Notes under the pieces: model-generated
Database searches by the model: none
The model's input: the letters and a program-made list of their open reading frames with translations, nothing else
Told to the model about the DNA's origin: nothing
NCBI GenBank assembly: GCA_031407755.1
Contig: JANOIS010000164.1
Span: 6,138 to 70,137 of the forward strand
Length of the DNA stretch: 64,000 nt
Source: Chloroflexota bacterium
GTDB lineage: Bacteria; Chloroflexota; Limnocylindria; Limnocylindrales; CSP1-4
Reading direction: 5' to 3'
Shown: positions 9,990 to 17,752 of the stretch, in pieces
Layout of the letters: every line of letters begins with the position of its first letter
How positions within the stretch are numbered: position 1 is the stretch's first letter
Position numbers and translations under genes: made by a program

Positions 9990-10950
9990 GACGGATCCTT
10001 GGGTCGGCGCGCGCGTACAGGACGTCGACGAGGATGTTCACGACGAGCACGGCCGACCCGATGACAAGGACGACGCCCATCATGAGCGCCGGATCGCGAT
10101 CGCTCGCAGCCCGGACCGCGAGCTGGCCCATCCCCGGCCAGGCGAAGATCTGCTCGGTGATCACGGCGCCCGCCACCAGCTCCGGGAGCAGCAGGCCGAC
10201 GACCGTGATGATCGGGATCAGCGAGTTCCTGAACGCATGGCGGATGACCACGGTCGGTGCCGTCAGGCCTTTCGCACGGGCGGCCACGACGTACTCGCCA
10301 TTGAGCGCCTCGAGCATGCTGGCGCGCGTGTAACGGAGCAGCGGCGATGCGCTGGCGAGGCCCAGCACCAACGCGGGCAGCACGAGGTGGCTGCCAAAAT
10401 CGAGGACCGAGTTCGGGGCGCCCAGGGTTTGCATCCCGCCGCTTGGCAGGACGTCCAGCCAGACGGCGAAGATGTAGATGGCCGCCAGACCCAGGACGAA
10501 GGTGGGCACGCTCGAAAGCAGCAGGGTGACGGTCGTCATCACGTAATCGGCACGCGAATACGGCCGCAGTGCCGCGAGGATCCCGAGGGGGATCCCGACC
10601 AGCAGCGCGATCAAGATAGAAACGCTCATGAGCACGAGAGTCGGCGGGATCCGCTTGGCCACCTCCTCCGCGATAGGCCGGCGGGACTGGATCGAGTACC
10701 CGAGATCACCGCGCACGGCGCCTGCCAGCCAGACGACGTATCGGACGGGGACAGGCTGATCGAGACCCAGCTCCTTCCGACGCTCCTGGAGAAGCGCTGG
10801 GTTGCGTTGGAGCTGAGCGAGCACGGACGGGTCGAGCCGCGCGGTCAGCGGATCGCCCGGGGCGAGGGAGAGCGCGACGAAGCTGGTGATCGTGATTCCC
10901 AGCAAGACAGGAAACGCGATGAGGATCCGCCGCAGAACGTATGTCGCCAT
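9973..10950 (-). CDS. ABC transporter permease, DppB/OppB type
   Basis: The product starts MATYVLRRILIAFPVLLGITITSF, contains YVVAARAKGLTAPTVVIRHAFRNSLIP, and overlaps the downstream permease. Confidence 0.9.
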   Translation of the reverse strand: MATYVLRRILIAFPVLLGITITSFVALSLAPGDPLTARLDPSVLAQLQRNPALLQERRKELGLDQPVPVRYVVWLAGAVRGDLGYSIQSRRPIAEEVAKRIPPTLVLMSVSILIALLVGIPLGILAALRPYSRADYVMTTVTLLLSSVPTFVLGLAAIYIFAVWLDVLPSGGMQTLGAPNSVLDFGSHLVLPALVLGLASASPLLRYTRASMLEALNGEYVVAARAKGLTAPTVVIRHAFRNSLIPIITVVGLLLPELVAGAVITEQIFAWPGMGQLAVRAASDRDPALMMGVVLVIGSAVLVVNILVDVLYARADPRIRLGSAR

Positions 10951-11007
10951 CCGGCCGCCCTCAGATGGACGGGGGCGGCCGGTGGATCGAAAGGTTCGAG
11001 TAGTCGC

Positions 11008-12681
11008 TTATGGGGTCAACGTCCAGTTCTGGACGCCCACGATGAACTCCCGGGTATTCGGCGGGATCGTGACTCCCTGCAGGCGCTTGGCCTTCGCGCT
11101 GAGCGCACTGGTCGTCCACCAGCTCACCTTCTCGACCTCGTCGTTGATCAGCTTGCTGATGCTCTTGAAGATCTCCGTCCGCTTCGCCTCGTCGACTTCC
11201 TTGCGGGCGGCGATGAACCCTTCGTCGATCGCGCAGTTGCGCGAGTACGTCTTGAAGTGCGGCGGATCCTCCTGCTTGCAGCTGTAATAGATCTGCGAGC
11301 GGAATGGGCCGACACCCTGGTCACCACCCTGGGCGATCGTCACGTCGAACTGGTCGATCTTCTCGTAGAAGTCGATCGCCGCGGTGGTATCGAGGCCGAT
11401 CAGCTCGACCTTGAAGCCGATCGCCTCGAGGTCCTGCTGCATGATCGGGGTCCATTGCTCGACGCCGGCGAACGACTTGTCGAACACGATCCGCAGCGGC
11501 TTGCTCTTGTCCCAGGTGGACTCATCGAGCAGCTGCTTGGCCTTGGCCGGGTCGTAGTCGAAGAACTCCTGGTCGTCGGCCGGGGGCATGCCCGGCACCA
11601 CGCCGCGGTTGATGCGCCCGGCGCCGCCGTACACCGCGTCGATGATTCCCTGAGCGTTCACGCCGAGTGCGATGGCCTTGCGTGTCTTCACATCGGTCAG
11701 CGACAGCAGATTCATGTACGGGCCGTAGGTGCCGACACCGGCCGTCGAGAGCACGTCGAGTGTCGGGACCTTCTCGAGGCGTCCCTTTTCGGCCGGGTTG
11801 AGCCGGACCGACAGGTCGACATCGCCTGATTCGAGCTGCGCGATCGCCTGATCGCCAAGGAGTCGCTTGACGAAGATGTTCTTGATCTTCGGAGCGCCCT
11901 GGAAGTAGTCGGGGTTGGCCTCGAATTGGCTGTACTGGTCGGTCTCGTACTTGATGAACTTGTATGGACCAGTCCCGATCGGTTTCGTGGTCGAGAACTC
12001 GATCGTCTCGACCTGCTTTGGATCGGTGTCCTTGAGGATGTGCTCAGGGACGATCACCGACGACGGGTCCGTGAGGTCAGCGAAGAAGTCGGCATTGGGG
12101 GCCTTGATCGTCAGTTCGATGGTGAGGGGGTCGATGACTTTCACGCCAGATGCTGTCTGCGCCGTTCCGGCTTTGACCTCGTCCGTGCCCACGACGGCGG
12201 CCCACGCGTTCTGCGGGTTCCGCGCGGTGTTGAGTAGCGCCCGATTGATGGTGAAGGCCACGTCGTTCGCCGTGAACGGCTCACCGTCGTGCCACTTGAC
12301 GTCGGGGTGGAGACGGAACGTCCACTTCAGCCCGTCCGGGGAGACCTCCCACGAGTCGGCGAGATCCGGAATGGGCTTCCAGGTGTCACCCTCCCAGCCG
12401 CGCTCGATCAACTTGTCGAACATGAGCTGGAAGTTGATGGCCTGGCTGAAGGTCTCCTGCGACGCCGGGTGCCAGATCGCCGTCACGTCGCCAAGCCAGT
12501 GGATCTGGAGCGTGTCCGAGGCGCTGCCACCGGGCTCCGCTGAGGCGCTGACTTCGGGTGCGATCGACCCGGGCGCGACGCTGACCGGCTGTGCACCGGA
12601 GCCACTCGGGGCGGCGGCTGGCTGGCATGCCGTGACAGCGAGCAACGCCGCTGCGAGAGTCGTAAGGAAACGGGTCCGCAT
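11008..12681 (-). CDS. ABC transporter substrate-binding lipoprotein, family 5 (peptide/nickel)
   Basis: A lipobox-like signal (LLAVTAC) is followed by family-5 SBP features (KWHDGEPFTANDVAFT, TGPYKF). The product is 557 aa. Confidence 0.9.
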   Translation of the reverse strand: MRTRFLTTLAAALLAVTACQPAAAPSGSGAQPVSVAPGSIAPEVSASAEPGGSASDTLQIHWLGDVTAIWHPASQETFSQAINFQLMFDKLIERGWEGDTWKPIPDLADSWEVSPDGLKWTFRLHPDVKWHDGEPFTANDVAFTINRALLNTARNPQNAWAAVVGTDEVKAGTAQTASGVKVIDPLTIELTIKAPNADFFADLTDPSSVIVPEHILKDTDPKQVETIEFSTTKPIGTGPYKFIKYETDQYSQFEANPDYFQGAPKIKNIFVKRLLGDQAIAQLESGDVDLSVRLNPAEKGRLEKVPTLDVLSTAGVGTYGPYMNLLSLTDVKTRKAIALGVNAQGIIDAVYGGAGRINRGVVPGMPPADDQEFFDYDPAKAKQLLDESTWDKSKPLRIVFDKSFAGVEQWTPIMQQDLEAIGFKVELIGLDTTAAIDFYEKIDQFDVTIAQGGDQGVGPFRSQIYYSCKQEDPPHFKTYSRNCAIDEGFIAARKEVDEAKRTEIFKSISKLINDEVEKVSWWTTSALSAKAKRLQGVTIPPNTREFIVGVQNWTLTP

Positions 12682-12812
12682 CGGTACTCCTATGAAGTCC
12701 CTGGGCGCTTGCTACTGGGCCGCCGGAGCATAGGCGAGCAGTCGACGACACGTCAATGAATCGAGCGAAGCCGTCGGTCGCCCGGACCGTGACGGCGCCA
12801 CTGCTCGAGCGG

Positions 12813-12934
12813 CCGGTACTCCCAGTACCGCTTTCCCGATGAAACTCTCGTGGACCACTGCAGATTCGACAGGATGATGCCGTTTCTGAACGGGACGGAG
12901 CGTGGCTGTGCGGATTTCGGTACTGCCCGTACCG
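12813..12934. repeat. Dispersed 122-bp element, family 2, copy 1 (palindromic CCGGTACT...AGTACCG termini)
   Basis: This element aligns colinearly, without gaps, with 54427..54548 (same length). Identity is roughly three quarters by eye. Terminal hairpins are CGGTACTCCCAGTACCG and CGGTACTGCCCGTACCG. Confidence 0.8.
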
Positions 12935-12990
12935 CCGGGCCCCGTCCCCGGCCCGGCCGCCGGTCGCCCGGCCCGGTCGCCCGGACCGCC

Positions 12991-13040
12991 CGACGCGAAA
13001 ACGCGAGAGGCCGGCCGGCTCCCGAAGGAACCGGCCGGCC
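12991..13040 (-). terminator. Candidate intrinsic terminator downstream of pnp
   Basis: A 10-bp GC stem pairs GGCCGGCCGG (13009-13018) with CCGGCCGGCC (13031-13040). On the minus strand it is followed by CUCUCGCGUUUUCGCG, which holds a short U tract and a second mini-hairpin. Confidence 0.5.
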
Positions 13041-13071
13041 GCTCATTACGGTCAGGGGTGAGAACCCGTGG

Positions 13072-15654
13072 TCAGACGGGGTCCTTGGCCAGGTGGCGCT
13101 GCATGGCTGCCTTGCGCGACAGGTTGACCCGGCCCTGGCGGTCGACTTCCAGCACGACCACCATGATCTCGTCGCCAACGGCCACGACATCCTCGACGGT
13201 CGGCACGTGGTAGTCGGCCAGCTCGCCGATGCGGACGAGGCCTTCCTTGCCCGGCAGGATCTCGACGAAGCAGCCGAAGCCCATGATCCGGGTGACCTTA
13301 CCCATGTACAGCGAGCCAACCTCGACCTCGCGGGTCAGGCTGTTGATCCAGTCGATCGCCTTGCGGGCGTTCTCGCCGGAGACGGCCGCGATCTCGACCG
13401 TGCCGTCGTCCTCGACGTTGATCTCCGTGGACGTCTCTTCCTGGATCTTGCGGATCATGGATCCACCCTTGCCGATGATCTCGCGGATCTTCTCGGGGTT
13501 GATCTTGATCGTGGTGATGCGGGGGGCGAAGTCGCTCATGTCCGAGCGTGCCTCGGGCATGACCTCGGCCATCTTGTCGAGGATCGTCAGACGGGCCGCG
13601 AGTGCCTGCTTGAGACCATCGCGGATGATCGCCTCGCTGATGCCCTGGACCTTGATGTCCATCTGGAGGGCGGTCACACCGTCCCGCGTGCCGGTCACCT
13701 TGAAGTCCATGTCACCGATGGAATCCTCCTTGCCGAGGATGTCCGTCAGGACGACGAACGTGCCGTCCGGCTCGCTGATCAGGCCCATCGCCGCGCCGGC
13801 GACCGGTGCCTTGATCGGCACACCGGCGTCCATCAGGGCGAGCGTGGAACCGCACGTCGAGGCCATCGAGGTTGACCCATTGGAGGTCACGCATTCACTG
13901 ACGAGCCGGATGACGTAGGGGAATTCCTCGTGGCTCGGCAGGACCGGGAGCAGGGCCCGCTCGGCGAGGTGGCCGTGGCCGATGTCGCGCCGGCTGGGCC
14001 CGCGCATCATCTTGTTCTCGCCGGTGCTGTAGGGCGGGAAGTTGTAGTGGTGCAGGTAGCGCTTCTCGGTCTCGGGGCTGATCGTATCGATCCGCTGGAC
14101 GTCCGATGACGACCCGAGGGTGGCCACGGTAAGCGCCTGGGTCTCGCCACGGGTGAACAGGCCGGAGCCGTGCGCCCGCGGGACAAGCCCGACCTCGACA
14201 GTGATGGGACGGATGTCCGTCAGGCCGCGGCCGTCGATGCGAATGCCCTCGTCGATGACGATCCGGCGGACCGTCTTCTTCTGGACCAGGTTGAACAGGT
14301 TCTTGCTGACGCGAGCCTCGCGCTTGGCCGCGTCGAGCAGCTTGTTGGTGTCGCCACCGGTCCGATTGGCACGGACGGCCTCGGCGATCGACTCACGCAG
14401 GGTGGAGATCCGGCCGGGCAGGTCGTTGGCGAACCAGAGCAGCAGGTTGGCCGTCGCCTCGGCGTCCGGCAGGGCGCGGTGGCCCTGGCTCAGCTCGACG
14501 CCAAAGAATCGGGCCAGGTCACCGAGCTTGTACGACTCGGCTCCGGGATAACCATCACGGGCGATGACCAGCGTGTCGAGGTAGGTTCCCGGCTTGAACC
14601 GGAAACCATCACCCTTGGCCTCTTCGATGAATCCGAGGTCGAAGCCCACGTTGTGACCGACGACGAGCGCGTCGCCGACGAAGGCCAGCAGCTTGTCGGC
14701 TGCCTCCCTGGGACTCGGGGCGCCCTTGACGTCCTTGTCCGTGATGCCGTGCATCTGGTTGCCGACGATCTTGCGGCCCGGGTTCACGAACGACGACCAG
14801 CGATCGACGATCTTGGTGCCCTTGATCTTGACCGCGGCGACCTCGACGAGGTCCGACATCTTTGGATCCGTGCCGGTCGTCTCGACATCGATGACGACGA
14901 GCTCGCGCTTGGCGTCCGTCGCCGAAGCGAACTCGAGGACGGAGTTGGTCGATGGCTCGATGTAGGGAAGCTTCTTGGCCTTGCCGAGGGCCTTCTGCAT
15001 CTCCTCCTGGAGCTCGACGATCGGTCGAAGGGAGCGGTGCCCGAACAGGATGGCCTCGGCCATGACGTCTTCCGGCAGGAGCTTGGCGCCCGCCTCGACC
15101 ATCATGATCGCGTCGCGGGTACCGGCCACGATCAGGTCAAGCTCGGAGTCCTTGAGCTGGCTGAACGTCGGGTTGACGACGAACTCGCCGTCGATCCGGC
15201 CGACACGCACGGAGGCGATCGGGCCGTTGAACGGGATCTCGCTGATCGATAGGGCCGCGGATGCGGCGATCGTGCCGACAACGTCCGGGAGGTTCTCCTG
15301 GTCTGTCGAGAGGACGGTGATCACGAGCTGGACGTCGTCCTTGTAGCCCTCGGGGAACAGCGGGCGGATCGGCCGGTCCGTCTGGCGGGCGGCCAGGATC
15401 GCGTTCTCGGACGGGCGCGCCTCGCGCTTGATGAAGCCGCCCGGGATCTTGCCCGCGGCGTACATCCGCTCCTCGAAATCGACCGTGAGCGGGAAGAAGT
15501 CGAGGCCGGGGCGCGGCTCCGACCGGTTGGCGGTGCCGAGCACCATGGTGTCACCGTAGCGAACGGTGACGGAGCCGCCGGCGAGGCGTGCCATCTTGCC
15601 GGTCTCGATGGTCAGTGTGCGGCCACCGACCTGCGTCTCGAATGTCTGAGACAA
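13072..15654 (-). CDS. pnp: Polynucleotide phosphorylase (PNPase) carrying an internal DEDDh exonuclease domain insertion; TTG start
   Basis: Standard PNPase parts are present:
- RNase PH core 1 at aa 1 to about 225
- core 2 (RIDGRGLTDIRPI, RRDIGHGHLAERAL, NGSTSMASTCGSTLALMDAGVPIKAPVAGAAMGL, EDSIGDMDFKVTGT)
- KH (GKGGSMIRKIQEET)
- S1 (GKVTRIMGFGCFVEILPGKEGLV)

The product is 860 aa versus about 700 aa because of the insert at about aa 246-415. A GGAGGA site lies 9 nt upstream of the TTG. Confidence 0.95.
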   Translation of the reverse strand: MSQTFETQVGGRTLTIETGKMARLAGGSVTVRYGDTMVLGTANRSEPRPGLDFFPLTVDFEERMYAAGKIPGGFIKREARPSENAILAARQTDRPIRPLFPEGYKDDVQLVITVLSTDQENLPDVVGTIAASAALSISEIPFNGPIASVRVGRIDGEFVVNPTFSQLKDSELDLIVAGTRDAIMMVEAGAKLLPEDVMAEAILFGHRSLRPIVELQEEMQKALGKAKKLPYIEPSTNSVLEFASATDAKRELVVIDVETTGTDPKMSDLVEVAAVKIKGTKIVDRWSSFVNPGRKIVGNQMHGITDKDVKGAPSPREAADKLLAFVGDALVVGHNVGFDLGFIEEAKGDGFRFKPGTYLDTLVIARDGYPGAESYKLGDLARFFGVELSQGHRALPDAEATANLLLWFANDLPGRISTLRESIAEAVRANRTGGDTNKLLDAAKREARVSKNLFNLVQKKTVRRIVIDEGIRIDGRGLTDIRPITVEVGLVPRAHGSGLFTRGETQALTVATLGSSSDVQRIDTISPETEKRYLHHYNFPPYSTGENKMMRGPSRRDIGHGHLAERALLPVLPSHEEFPYVIRLVSECVTSNGSTSMASTCGSTLALMDAGVPIKAPVAGAAMGLISEPDGTFVVLTDILGKEDSIGDMDFKVTGTRDGVTALQMDIKVQGISEAIIRDGLKQALAARLTILDKMAEVMPEARSDMSDFAPRITTIKINPEKIREIIGKGGSMIRKIQEETSTEINVEDDGTVEIAAVSGENARKAIDWINSLTREVEVGSLYMGKVTRIMGFGCFVEILPGKEGLVRIGELADYHVPTVEDVVAVGDEIMVVVLEVDRQGRVNLSRKAAMQRHLAKDPV
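14410..14920 (-). other. DnaQ/RNase T-like DEDDh 3'-5' exonuclease domain encoded in-frame inside pnp
   Basis: All three exonuclease motifs are present: ExoI VVIDVETTG (D256, E258), ExoII VVGHNVGFDLGFI (D339) and ExoIII HRALPDAEATANLL (H392, D397). They lie between the PNPase helical-domain segments ...LQEEMQKALGKAKKLPY... and ...NLFNLVQKKTVRRIVIDEGIRIDGR. Confidence 0.85.
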
Positions 15655-15775
15655 GGGAATGAATCCTCCTTGTCGTGGAGGAGGGATCGACCCGCGGGCG
15701 GGTCAGCCGGCTGCGCTACGTGGCGCCGAGCATGCAGCGAACTCGGGTCGAGCCCGAGGTCGCGATGCTGCGACG
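15655..15775 (-). promoter_or_regulatory. rpsO-pnp intergenic leader with a long stem-loop and an SD-sequestering hairpin
   Basis: On the minus strand, GCAGC(15771-15767)...GCUGC(15738-15734) encloses CUCGGG-cucga-CCCGAG. CCUCCUCC lies just upstream of the pnp SD AAGGAGGA and can pair with it. Confidence 0.5.
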
Positions 15776-16045
15776 CTAGCGGCGGAGCCCCAGCCGTCCG
15801 ATGACGGTCCGGTAGCGCGCGCTGTCCTTCTTCATCAGATAGGCGAGAAGGCGGCGGCGCTGGCCGACGAGCTTGAGGAGGCCGCGACGCGAATGGTTGT
15901 CCTTGGGGAAGCGGCGAAGATGCCCGGTCAGGTCCGTGATCCGCTCGGTGATGAGCGCGACCTGGACTTCGGGCGAACCGGTGTCACCTTCCTTGGTGGC
16001 GTACCCGGTCATGATCTCCTGCTTCAGTTCCCGCGCGAGCGGCAC
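15776..16045 (-). CDS. rpsO: 30S ribosomal protein S15
   Basis: The product is [70 protein letters not shown], 89 aa. A GTG start is preceded by GGAGGA. The track ORF (15776..16333) is N-terminally over-extended. Confidence 0.93.
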
Positions 16046-16162
16046 TCGGTCCTCCGACACGATCTGTGCTTGATGTTCTTCTTCTTTGACCGGTGAAGGA
16101 TACGGGCCACGGGGTCGAACGGTCAAACGGGTTCCGAGCCGTCCCGGCGCGGCAACGTCCCA

Positions 16163-16222
16163 CCCGTGCGACCCGCCCGTGCGACCCGCCCGTGCCACCC
16201 CGCCCGTCCGACCCGCCCGCCC
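16163..16222. repeat. 13-bp tandem repeat, about 4.5 units (CCCGTGCGACCCG)
   Basis: Units run 16163-16175, 16176-16188, 16189-16201 and 16202-16214, plus a partial unit, with point differences between them. The array directly abuts the family-1 element. Confidence 0.85.
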
Positions 16223-16224
16223 CT

Positions 16225-16340
16225 TGATCGTTCTCATTGATCGCTGTGGGCTTAACCACGAGGAACTGGTGCCCCGGAAAGACGATCCAGGTTGGCAACT
16301 CCTCGTGGCCGACCGCGGATCGATCAACGACACCGATCAC
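16225..16340. repeat. Dispersed structured element, family 1, diverged copy (116-nt core)
   Basis: The core length and block order match 59321..59436: TGATCGnTCnCATTGATCG ... CCACGAGGA ... TCCTCGTGG ... GATCGATCAAC ... GATCAC. Confidence 0.75.
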
Positions 16341-16398
16341 CGAAGCGCCGAGGCGTCACGGCCCGGCGAGCTCCCACCCGAGCGAGTACCCTCGGGCG

Positions 16399-16962
16399 AT
16401 GCCGCGGCTGACGAGGATCTACACAAGGACCGGCGACGAGGGCCTGACGGGCCTCGGCGGCGGGCGGCGCGTGTCCAAGGATTCTGTCCGGGTGGCTGCG
16501 TACGGCACGGTGGACGAGCTGAACTCCACGATCGGCGTGGCGCTCGCGCTAGGGCTGACCGATCGACTGACGTTGGAACTCGCCACGATCCAGAACGAGC
16601 TGTTCGATCTGGGCTCGGACCTGTGCTGGCCGGACGACGACGAGCGGCGCGGGGCGATCCCGACCGTCCAGCCACATCACGTTGAACGACTCGAGCGCCT
16701 GATCGACGAGCTGAATGCGGTCGTCGGGCCGCTCACCAACTTCCTGTTGCCGGGAGGGTCGCCCGGTGCGGCCCAGCTCCATGTCGCACGGACGGTCTGC
16801 CGCCGAGCCGAACGGGAGGTCGTCACCCTGGCCCGCGATGAGTCCATCGGCGAGCACGTGCTGACCTACATCAACCGGTTGTCCGACGCGCTGTTCGTGA
16901 TGGCCCGCTACGAAAACCACGAGCGCGGCGCCGTCGAGCCGCTCTGGCAGCCGGGGCGGTAG
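16399..16962 (+). CDS. pduO: Cob(I)yrinic acid a,c-diamide / cob(I)alamin adenosyltransferase, PduO type
   Basis: The product starts [46 protein letters not shown] and contains [28 protein letters not shown] 16399 was chosen by homology; the track ORF starts at 16237. Confidence 0.88.
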
Positions 16963-16968
16963 CAGCCC

Positions 16969-17469
16969 TCAACCCGCAGCGAGGTCAGGCCAGCAGAATT
17001 CCGCGTCGACCATCGGCTGACCCGGGCCCGCGGCGTCTGCCTCGAACGGTGTGCGGAAGGTGAAGGCAGCCGGCGTCGGTCCGTCCCGCCGCAGGCGCTC
17101 CAGCCGGTCCTGCGCCTCCACGACCGTTGGCAGATGCCCAACCTCGACCCACCACAGCGCGAGGTGCGCCGTGGCCAGCCGCTCGAACCACTCGCGCCGT
17201 CGTCGAAGCACGCCGACGTGTCCTGAGGTGTAGGCGTAGGCACGCAGCGCCTCGATCGACTCCCAGACTGTGAGATTGACGATGATCATCTCGTCGTCGA
17301 ACACGCGGATGGACGTCGCATCGCCGTCGTCGGACTGCAGCCGCCAGACGAAGCCTTGGCTCGTGTCGGCGAGTCGATTGATCGGTTCCAGCTGGGCGAC
17401 GAACTCGGCCAGTTCTGGCGAGTCGATCGGCGCCAGGAGACGGGCCACGTTGATCTGGGCGAGCTGCAT
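16969..17469 (-). CDS. DUF3291 domain protein
   Basis: The product starts MQLAQINVARLLAPIDSPELAEFVAQLEPINRLADTSQGFVWRLQ, which matches my recollection of the DUF3291 N-terminus. Function is unknown. Confidence 0.7.
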   Translation of the reverse strand: MQLAQINVARLLAPIDSPELAEFVAQLEPINRLADTSQGFVWRLQSDDGDATSIRVFDDEMIIVNLTVWESIEALRAYAYTSGHVGVLRRRREWFERLATAHLALWWVEVGHLPTVVEAQDRLERLRRDGPTPAAFTFRTPFEADAAGPGQPMVDAEFCWPDLAAG

Positions 17470-17752
17470 CCGCCCATCCTAGCGCGACGCTCAGTCGGCC
17501 AGCAACGCCAAGCCTGGCCCACCGCGGTACAAGCCGGCCGGCGACCCGATTCCAGTGTGGCTGGCACAAGCGACACGCCGCACGGTGACCTGCGGGCCGT
17601 CGGGCCTTTGGTTGCACCGAACTCCAGGTGGACTGGAAATCTTGACCGATTTCGCGCTCCAGGGGTCCGACCCGGCTGTGTGGGTGACCGTGGCCTGTGG
17701 CTCCGGGGGTCACCCAGGCTGGTTGTACCAGTGGAGCTGGAATTCGGGCGGG

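Noticed and set aside
14410-14920. The pnp insertion as an intein or a separately translated gene.
   Set aside because: There are no intein splice motifs: no N-terminal Cys/Ser block and no C-terminal His-Asn followed by a nucleophile. There is no internal stop or SD-start arrangement, and the segment is in frame with both PNPase halves. The sequence matches DEDDh exonuclease motifs instead.
16341-16398. A cobalamin riboswitch upstream of the PduO-type adenosyltransferase gene.
   Set aside because: I could not find a B12-box-like consensus or the expected multi-stem core. The only conserved structure nearby is the family-1 repeat, which also occurs between rpmB and dtd and so is not gene-specific.
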